The notes beneath the pieces were generated by a model. The model was not told the DNA's origin. It was given only the letters and a program-made list of their open reading frames with translations, and ran no database searches. The translations under genes were made by a program, and so were the position numbers. Positions 56,991-64,000 of a stretch of DNA of 64,000 bases are shown here, in pieces (within the stretch, counting starts at the first letter, position 1; each line of letters starts with the position of its first letter). The DNA lies in assembly GCA_027451365.1 (NCBI GenBank), contig DAIDJN010000084.1, positions 62,869 to 126,868 on the forward strand. Direction: 5' to 3'. Origin of the DNA: Phycisphaerales bacterium (GTDB lineage Bacteria > Planctomycetota > Phycisphaerae > WQYP01).

Positions 56991-58745
56991 CTATGCCACA
57001 TCGGCCATTTCCGGTATGGTCAGCCATTGGCCCAACTGTTCGGGTGTGTTCCGCTGCACAAACTGACGGAAGGTTTCATCCGCATCCATACGGTACTGCT
57101 TGTACGCTTCCACAATCTGGCCGATGGCTTTATGAACATATTCGGCCGGAACTTTTTTCAAGGCCAGTTTGGCAAAACCAGCATCAATTCCCAATCCGCC
57201 ACCGAGCATAATCTGATATGCCTCGGTACCGCGTTTTCCACGAAAATTACAGACTACGCCCATCAGGCCAATGTCCGCAATCTGATATTGCGAACAACTG
57301 TTGGGGCAGCCGGTCACACTGATCATGATGGGAGAATCAATGCCGACATTTTCCTCAAGATATTTCAAGATTCCATGCGCCCGCTGCTTGGTTTCCACAA
57401 TTGCCAGATTGCAGAATTGCGTGCCGGTGCAGGAAATAAGAGTGGATCGCCACAGCGGTGCGTGCGGTGTCAGTCCGCCGGCATCGAGTTCATGCGTCAT
57501 CTGTTTTACCGAGCCAGTCGGAATATTCAGGAAAATAAGATTTTGTTTGTTGGAAAGGGCCACGCGGGCCTTTTCACCGGCATATTTTTCGGAGAGTTGT
57601 GCGGCCAGTGTCATCTGATCCGCCGTGATCCGCCCGCGTTCAACCGGCACGCCAATATACGCCAGACCGGGCTGCTTTTGCAGGCCGGAACCAAGATGAT
57701 CGGTATGTGGGGCATATTCCGGAGCCACAATATTGTCATCATGTTCCAGCTTAAAGCCGATGTCCGCTTCCAGATAATCGCGGAATTTTTCCCAGCCCCA
57801 GTCCGAAACCAGGTATTTCATGCGAGCGCGGGTGCGCTTTTCCCGATAACCATGATCGCGGAAGATATGGGCGATTCCCCGACTGACGGCGGCAACCTGC
57901 TCGGGTCGAATAAAAACACGAAGCCCCTGACCAATGTACGGCTGACTGGAAAGTCCACCACCCACCGTCAGTCCATAGCCGGATTCCTCATGCCCGGTTG
58001 ACGGGTTAATGCGGCGCACTCCAAACAAGCCAATATCGTTGATCTGCGGCTGATGGCAATGCAGATGGCAGCCGGCTATGGCGGATTTGAATTTACGCGG
58101 AAGATTGCTGAATTCGCGGTCGCCGCGCAGGAACATCTCGTTGGTTTGTTCCACCACGCTGGAAGCGTCAATAATTTCCGCACTTAAATATCCGGCAAGC
58201 GGGCAGCCGACGACATTGCGTGGCGTATCGCCGCAGGCGAATTTACTGACCAGACCGACTTTTTCCAACCGGGGAAGAATATCGGCCAGTGCCTCAATCG
58301 TAAGCCAGTGAATTTGAAAGCACTGGCGGGTGGTAATGTCGGCAAAGCCACGGCCATATTGGCGAGCAATATCCGCAACCACTGCAAGCTGTCGGGCAGT
58401 AAGGAAGCCGTTGGGAATACGGATGCGCAGCATGAAATGGCACAGGTTCGGCAATTGTTGATAGCAGCCAAACCAGCGGACGCGGACAAAATCCTCTTCG
58501 GATATTTTTGCGCGGCGGGCCGCACTTAAGCGAACCGCCGGATCGCTGGAATTTGGAATTTGCTGGTGATACGTATCCAGGTCTTTGGGACTAAGAAGCG
58601 ACTCAAGCGGTTCGGTGACATCTGCGCGCGCATAGGCAAAAATATTTTCCCAGACATCCAGGCCGTCTTTGGCCAGTTTAATGGCCTCTACCTTGTTTAG
58701 TTTTCGGCCATCGGCGGCGGTAATGGTACCTGTTTCAGCGGACAT
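56991..58745 (-). CDS. ferredoxin-type nitrite/sulfite reductase (probably sulfite)
   Basis: FMLRIRIP.G, TTRQ, NLPRKFK, CTGTQFCNLA, TGCPNSC siroheme/[4Fe-4S] ligands. Confidence 0.9.
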   Translation of the reverse strand: MSAETGTITAADGRKLNKVEAIKLAKDGLDVWENIFAYARADVTEPLESLLSPKDLDTYHQQIPNSSDPAVRLSAARRAKISEEDFVRVRWFGCYQQLPNLCHFMLRIRIPNGFLTARQLAVVADIARQYGRGFADITTRQCFQIHWLTIEALADILPRLEKVGLVSKFACGDTPRNVVGCPLAGYLSAEIIDASSVVEQTNEMFLRGDREFSNLPRKFKSAIAGCHLHCHQPQINDIGLFGVRRINPSTGHEESGYGLTVGGGLSSQPYIGQGLRVFIRPEQVAAVSRGIAHIFRDHGYREKRTRARMKYLVSDWGWEKFRDYLEADIGFKLEHDDNIVAPEYAPHTDHLGSGLQKQPGLAYIGVPVERGRITADQMTLAAQLSEKYAGEKARVALSNKQNLIFLNIPTGSVKQMTHELDAGGLTPHAPLWRSTLISCTGTQFCNLAIVETKQRAHGILKYLEENVGIDSPIMISVTGCPNSCSQYQIADIGLMGVVCNFRGKRGTEAYQIMLGGGLGIDAGFAKLALKKVPAEYVHKAIGQIVEAYKQYRMDADETFRQFVQRNTPEQLGQWLTIPEMADVA

Positions 58746-58769
58746 AAGACTACTCCAGAGACTCGTTCA

Positions 58770-58880
58770 GCGTATTGCCTATCTAATAGATAGGTAATAC
58801 GCAAAGCATTTACGTAAAGCATTATAAGCGATTAATTAGAACAAAATCAAGCGTACTCCTACTAATTAAATAGGAAAATG
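58770..58880 (-). promoter_or_regulatory. sigma70 promoter flanked by two CCTA-N9-TAGG palindromic operators (Rrf2-like)
   Basis: GCGTATTGCCTATCTAATAGATAGGTAATACGC (58770-58802); TTGATT-N18-TATAAT (58850-58821); TCCTACTAATTAAATAGGA (58857-58875). Confidence 0.7.
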
Positions 58881-58996
58881 GCAATCCAGTGCCAAAAATT
58901 GAATGTAGAGCGCAGCGGGTACCAACGCAATCCCATCAAAAGTTTTCCGTAAAGGTCAAGGGAAAAGACTGTTGCCGAGAATCGGATATGCCGGTT

Positions 58997-59449
58997 TCAG
59001 GCCGTAGGCCACCGGTATTCAAACCAGGCAGACCGGCTGGCTCCGGTGGAACCGTACAGAGCCTGCGCGGTACTGTTGGACTGTTCAGTGTTCCAGACAA
59101 GTTCGGGATAGCCCTGTTCCGAAGCCCAGCTACGGCAGTGGTTTATCAATGCCCGCCCGACACCCTGTCCGCGACAAGCCGGCAAGGTGTAAAGGTCATT
59201 CATCAGGCAGATAGCCATCGCCCGGACCGATGAATAAGGAAAGTACAGGGTGGCAAAGCCGACCGCCTGTTCGGTCTGGTCACAGGCCAGAAACATGATT
59301 CCGCGAGCAGGATTTCGAGCAATTCCTCCGAAATGTTCGCGGTTCTTATGTGCGTCGGGTGGCGCGCGGTAAAAACGCTGATAGTCCGCAATCAGCGGCA
59401 ATACGCGGGGAAGGCTGAATTCGGTTACGGTTTCTATTGTTACATTCAT
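58997..59449 (-). CDS. GNAT family N-acetyltransferase
   Basis: VGFATLY, NDLYT.P..RGQGVGRALI, N..AQALY. Confidence 0.88.
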   Translation of the reverse strand: MNVTIETVTEFSLPRVLPLIADYQRFYRAPPDAHKNREHFGGIARNPARGIMFLACDQTEQAVGFATLYFPYSSVRAMAICLMNDLYTLPACRGQGVGRALINHCRSWASEQGYPELVWNTEQSNSTAQALYGSTGASRSAWFEYRWPTA

Positions 59450-59466
59450 TGTATTTAGTTCCTGAT

Positions 59467-60648
59467 TCAAGGGCCGACGGCACCCGGCGTCGGAAAAGGA
59501 ATCGGCATCGCGACGGCTCTGCGGCAGTGCCCAACAAGCTGTGCAAGCATGTCGGACATGGAATGGTGCTGCCGCAGGCGCTGCAAAGCGGCGTGGCTCA
59601 TACGTCGCAACGGCTCCGTTTGGGTCAAGGCGCTGATCATGGCGTGGCGCCATTCCTCACGCGAGCCGTGGGCAATAATCCGGCAGGTCTGACCATCCAT
59701 ACAAAAATCCGCGGCCTCGCTGGGGCGGCACAGGACCGGCATGCCGCGAGCCATGGCCTGTAGGACTATATAATTCAGCCGCGATGATTCAACCGCCTGA
59801 AGATAAAAATCGCCGTGCAGCAGCAGTGATTCGCAGTCATTTCGATAGGGCACAAAGCTGACTCTGTCCAGCAATTCCAGGCTTTGGGTGAGTTTCCAGA
59901 TGGCATGTTTGTCCGGGCCTGAATCGTAGAGAAAAATAAGGAAATCGTGCGAGGCATCGGCCACATCCCGGCAGGCATGCAAAAGATTGGAAAAATCGGA
60001 CAAACCTGCCAGTGAATCCAGGCAGACAAAACAGGGCGACTGGCTCGCCCGTTGGCGCGGTTCCGGGGCGGACAGAAATGCTCCCGGACGTAATATATGT
60101 GCCGCGACCCCGGACCGGGATTTCAGGCCGTTTAGGAGTGGTTGAGAGGCCGCCAGAAATCCGGAAAATTCGGCCCCGCCGACCAGTCGATCGCGCGCCT
60201 CGGCGCGGTCCCAGCACCAATATAACACCGGAATATTCCGTGACAATTCCAAAAAGCCGGGGAATGCCGTTGCCGTCGGTCCGAAAAGAATGACCACCTG
60301 CAACTCCTGGGATCGGCATTGGTTAAGAAGGGTTTGAACGGAGTCCGAGCGGCTGGAACCCGCTCGGAACGGATTGTGACCGGAGTCCCGAAACAGAAAG
60401 TCATGCCAGTGCCGCGGCGACTGATCAACGCGAACAACCGGCACCGCAAAAATTCCAAGTTCCTCATCTGTGTGCTGCGAACTTGCGAACAGACAGACAG
60501 AATGACCTTCGCTTTTTAAACCCAGCGCCAGATGATGGATAAAGGAAATATCGTCGGGAATCTGCTGCGGCTCCACCCACAAACCGATCGACAGGGCTTT
60601 ATCAGGATCCGGTGGAACGGCGGAAGATTGTTCAGTTGCGGCGGTCAT
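59467..60648 (-). CDS. GT4-like glycosyltransferase (divergent)
   Basis: L.DRVSF, VLQAMARGMPVL C-terminal GT-B pattern. Confidence 0.65.
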   Translation of the reverse strand: MTAATEQSSAVPPDPDKALSIGLWVEPQQIPDDISFIHHLALGLKSEGHSVCLFASSQHTDEELGIFAVPVVRVDQSPRHWHDFLFRDSGHNPFRAGSSRSDSVQTLLNQCRSQELQVVILFGPTATAFPGFLELSRNIPVLYWCWDRAEARDRLVGGAEFSGFLAASQPLLNGLKSRSGVAAHILRPGAFLSAPEPRQRASQSPCFVCLDSLAGLSDFSNLLHACRDVADASHDFLIFLYDSGPDKHAIWKLTQSLELLDRVSFVPYRNDCESLLLHGDFYLQAVESSRLNYIVLQAMARGMPVLCRPSEAADFCMDGQTCRIIAHGSREEWRHAMISALTQTEPLRRMSHAALQRLRQHHSMSDMLAQLVGHCRRAVAMPIPFPTPGAVGP

Positions 60649-60699
60649 GCGTCATCCCCGGAATCCGCCGGACGGTTGGCCCTGATTGCCGCCATGCGT

Positions 60700-62034
60700 T
60701 CAGGCGCTTTCCTTCAGCGGCATGGGTTTGGTGTCAAACAGGCTTACTTCGCCGCGCACCACTTCCTCGGTGATGGTAAACAGCCCGCGGTTCTGCTGGT
60801 CGGGCAGATGGTACATCAGGTCCAGCATTAATTCTTCCATCACACTTCGCAGCGCCCTGGCACCGGTATCCCGTTCAAGGGCCTTTTTCGCCACAAGCCG
60901 CAGCGCTCCAACGGTGAATTCCAGTTCGCAATTTTCCAACTGGAAAAACTTCTTGTACTGCTTGATGAGCGCGTTTCGCGGCTCAGTCAGAATTTGAATC
61001 ATCGCATCTTCGCTAAGCACATTAAGCGGTGCGATAATGGGCAGACGGCCGACAAATTCGGGGATCATGCCATATTCAATAAGGTCATCCGGTGTGACCT
61101 GCTTAAGGAACTGCGTCTTTTGCTCCGCATTGGCCTGAATTGGCCCGCTGACTTCGGAATTAAAGCCGATTAACTGGCGGCCAAGCCGCTTGGCAATCAA
61201 TTGGTCCAAGCCGACAAATGTGCCTCCGCAGATAAACAGAATATGAGTGGTATCCAATTGAATGTATTGTTGTTCGGGATGTTTGCGGCCGCCCTGTGGC
61301 GGCACGTTGGCCATGGTTCCTTCCAGCATTTTCAAAAGAGCCTGCTGCACGCCCTCACCGGAAACGTCACGGGTGATCGACACGTTCATGCTGGTTTTGC
61401 CGATTTTATCAATTTCATCAATGTAGATAATTCCGCGCTGCGCCGATTCAAGATCAAAATCCGCGTTCTGCAGAAGTTTCAGCAGGAGATTTTCAACATC
61501 TTCACCGACATAGCCGGCTTCGGTCAGGGTGGTGGCATCGCCAATGGCGAAGGGGACATTCAGGCAACGCGCCAGCGTGCGAGCCAGAAGCGTTTTACCC
61601 GATCCTGTCGGCCCAATAAGCAGCACGTTGGACTTGTCAATTTCCACATCGTCGGCTGCGCGACCATCTGCATGGGCGAGCCGCTTATAGTGGTTGTGAA
61701 CCGCCACGGACAAGGCGCGTTTAGCCACATCTTGGCCGATCACATATTGGTCCATGAATTCCTTGAGCTGACGCGGCGGGGGAATCTGGCCGATAGTGGG
61801 TCGCGTTGCGGTAACCTTGCGTTTTTCCTGCTTATAAATATTCTGGCAAAGTTCGGAACAGTTTGAACAGATATAAATATCGTTTGGTCCCTCCACCATA
61901 GGACCGACATCACGGCTTGATTTTCCACAAAAACTGCACTGAGTGACCTTGCGGCCACGGAATCCGCCGCTGGTGGGCGATCCGCCCGAGTTGTTTCCGG
62001 TTCCAGAGCCGCCATTTCCCGATTGATTTGCCAT
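60700..62034 (-). CDS. clpX: ATP-dependent Clp protease ATP-binding subunit
   Basis: CSFCGK..IC..C zinc finger, [31 protein letters not shown] loop, GARALR. Confidence 0.98.
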   Translation of the reverse strand: MANQSGNGGSGTGNNSGGSPTSGGFRGRKVTQCSFCGKSSRDVGPMVEGPNDIYICSNCSELCQNIYKQEKRKVTATRPTIGQIPPPRQLKEFMDQYVIGQDVAKRALSVAVHNHYKRLAHADGRAADDVEIDKSNVLLIGPTGSGKTLLARTLARCLNVPFAIGDATTLTEAGYVGEDVENLLLKLLQNADFDLESAQRGIIYIDEIDKIGKTSMNVSITRDVSGEGVQQALLKMLEGTMANVPPQGGRKHPEQQYIQLDTTHILFICGGTFVGLDQLIAKRLGRQLIGFNSEVSGPIQANAEQKTQFLKQVTPDDLIEYGMIPEFVGRLPIIAPLNVLSEDAMIQILTEPRNALIKQYKKFFQLENCELEFTVGALRLVAKKALERDTGARALRSVMEELMLDLMYHLPDQQNRGLFTITEEVVRGEVSLFDTKPMPLKESA

Positions 62035-62277
62035 ATTGAAGCATTTCCAAAAACAAGGCCTTCAATCATAGTCGGTTGAATAAGGCCTGCATGATGAATA
62101 AACTCGCATTTGCGAACGAAGCTGCCTTCGACTCGTAAACTGCATCCATATTACCAATTTGCACGCCCCATACAACCCCATCTGACTTACCCCGTTGACC
62201 AGTCGCGGCCAGGCGCGTCAGATATCGACCGATAACGATCCCCGCTGGCGGTAAAATCGAGCGCCGTCCGCGGATCA

Positions 62278-62883
62278 TTATAAATTCATTCGACTGGCCG
62301 CGATCATTTCCGCGCGGCGGAAACCGCCCCGCAATGGGCCAATAATGAAAACCAGTCCCGCCACAAAAAAAGGGATGCCGAACAGCATAAGGAAAATGCT
62401 CGTCCATGTATACCGCGGCACCAGAAATGCGATTTGTGGCTTATCTGCTTCATACCAGATGTGGCATTTTTTTCCTTTGGGATAGTCCAATACCATACGT
62501 TCGGAATCGGCATAGCCATGGCCGGAACGAAAACCGGAAATTCCCGGATAAACACGTTGGCCGGTATAATTTTTGCCATGGACTGTGTATTGGTAACGGA
62601 TTTCCGGAACGTAGTTTCGATCGCCACCGCTGCCTTTGGTTCCAATTGCACTGGAAAGTACAACGGCGTGGGTTTGGCAGGCCGCAGCAAGCCGGGCGTG
62701 CTGCTGAAATTCACTAATAACCCCCAGGCCAGATATGCCCAATCCGGCAAGCAGAAAAATGGTCGCGAACGCCAGTATAAAAAGGTTTTTGGTGGTCGTC
62801 TCAAGAAAACCAAAGATACCCATAAACAACCTGTCCTTTTCAGCGCGGCGATATCGCGCAATACATCCGTCGATAGCGGTCAA
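62278..62883 (-). CDS. DUF3592 domain membrane protein
   Basis: TM - Y.PEIRYQYTVHG..Y - YPKG....WY..DKP..AFL - TM; start may be 62823. Confidence 0.8.
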   Translation of the reverse strand: MTAIDGCIARYRRAEKDRLFMGIFGFLETTTKNLFILAFATIFLLAGLGISGLGVISEFQQHARLAAACQTHAVVLSSAIGTKGSGGDRNYVPEIRYQYTVHGKNYTGQRVYPGISGFRSGHGYADSERMVLDYPKGKKCHIWYEADKPQIAFLVPRYTWTSIFLMLFGIPFFVAGLVFIIGPLRGGFRRAEMIAASRMNL

Positions 62884-63410
62884 GCATTGGAATATCTTGC
62901 ACGCGCGAATTGAGTACCCATGACAATCAATCCGATCAGGCCAATCACGAAAAACAGATAACCCAAACCGGGAAAAATCCAGATCAATTTATCCATTTTA
63001 TGAACCAGAAAGGCCTGGGTGGGGTCCTGCGGATCGTAGTACGCAGTGCAGGAGTGACCCACAGGATAATGGCTAGTAATTTTTTCCGCCCAGGAATATC
63101 CCGAAGATTCACCGCCGTAAATGGCCCGATGGCTGGTATATTTCTGACCGCGAACGGTGTAGGTATACCAGACGCGCGGTTCATAGGTCGTATCGCTGTT
63201 GCCGGAATCGTCGCTGCGAATATGCCGGTGGAAGACATGCGCCTTTACGGGAAGCCAGGTATTCAGCGCGTGGATTTGGGAACTTACCAGCCGGGTACCA
63301 ATGGCGGCAAATATTCCGCCTATAAAAAGAAATCCTATCCACACAAACAGCACCGATTTTCCAGTTGCCCGGTTACCCGGGCCGCCGCTCATTCCATAGT
63401 TTGGCGCCAT
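62880..63410 (-). CDS. DUF3592 domain membrane protein
   Basis: TM - W..V - YEP.V.YTYTVRG..Y - YPVG....YYDP.DP..AFL - TM. Confidence 0.85.
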   Translation of the reverse strand: MAPNYGMSGGPGNRATGKSVLFVWIGFLFIGGIFAAIGTRLVSSQIHALNTWLPVKAHVFHRHIRSDDSGNSDTTYEPRVWYTYTVRGQKYTSHRAIYGGESSGYSWAEKITSHYPVGHSCTAYYDPQDPTQAFLVHKMDKLIWIFPGLGYLFFVIGLIGLIVMGTQFARARYSNA

Positions 63411-63876
63411 AATATCTGCTCCGCACCGACCTTCTCACCAGAACCAACGCTAAGAATTTATCTCAAGACGGATCATAGCGAGCGGCTACGATTTCGCCAA
63501 GACATTGGCAGAAGCCGACAGCGCGACTCGTGCCGACGGACGGCCAGGCGGCTGTCGGCTGAAGTCATTGGCCATGACGGATGATTAAGTGAAAACCTAT
63601 GGATACTCAAAATACCACTAACCGAATTTTTGCGTTGCCTGGCAAACAGCTTGATATCGATTTTGACTGACCTGCATGGCGCCGGATATAATGAGTCTAA
63701 ATGGGGCAAGGCTGAGATTTTGGAAACGTTTTGGTTTAGAAACTGCCAAGGCGTGCGCACCTGGGCTTATTGACAGGGAACAGGGGCGCTTGATCCGCAA
63801 GATTGATCTGTCGGCAGAACAGCGCACGGTTTAAGCAGCTTTGCCTACCGACGGCTAGTCCGTAGTTCCCCGCACG

Positions 63877-63909
63877 AAAAGCAGAAAACCCCTGCAAATA
63901 CAGGGGTTT
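63877..63909 (-). terminator. intrinsic terminator
   Basis: AAACCCCTG-6nt-CAGGGGTTT stem; T-rich tail on minus strand (also partly on plus). Confidence 0.65.
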
Positions 63910-64000
63910 CCGTTGTTTTCGCCATTCACCGTACTGGGTACAACCCCAGCAGTTTCAAGGCTCGCTCCTGTAGGGGCGTTGCATCGCTGATGACGGTGAA

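Noticed and set aside
63925..64000. SAH or fluoride riboswitch, or 6S RNA identity for the terminal structure
   Set aside because: Short shared words (AGGGGCGTTGCA, GCTGATGAC, GCCTTGAAACTGC) occur without the required order or partner elements

Overview
Chromosomal segment of a Planctomycetota bacterium, probably Phycisphaerae. This rests on a LEPR-XLL-like export motif in the giant protein and a planctomycete-style 'MKNEERHELQQNDL' protein; the basic exported proteins hint at an acidophile. A canonical XerC/XerD dif site at 408-435 places the window near the replication terminus. Layout: (1) 1-15.9 kb housekeeping: tig, methyltransferase/GT2 fusion, cyclodeaminase, tadA, nrnA, ribF, pyrF, murD, GH35, pseudo-receiver, MBL hydrolase. 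(2) 15.9-39 kb nitrogen-scavenging island with three sigma54 promoters. It holds a porin / BMP-ABC / biuret-triuret catabolic operon (BiuH, TrtA, a third divergent cysteine hydrolase, a cupin, AtzF and a UDG-fold protein lacking its catalytic motif), ureF-ureG, and urtABCDE-ureD-ureAB-ureC. The urease set looks plant/fungal-like and has no ureE. (3) 39.2-51.2 kb accessory region: a decayed IS1202/ISNCY-like element, a Tat protein, and a ~1.9k-aa exported lectin/FN3 repeat protein followed by a small exported protein, an orphan AHH nuclease tip and a putative immunity gene. (4) 51.8-64 kb housekeeping: ilvBN, yqjD/E/K-like genes, EEP hydrolase, sulfite/nitrite reductase with two operators, GNAT, GT4, clpX, two DUF3592 genes and a structured non-coding element at the right edge. 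Assignments come from motif recognition and recalled family sequences; no database search was run.
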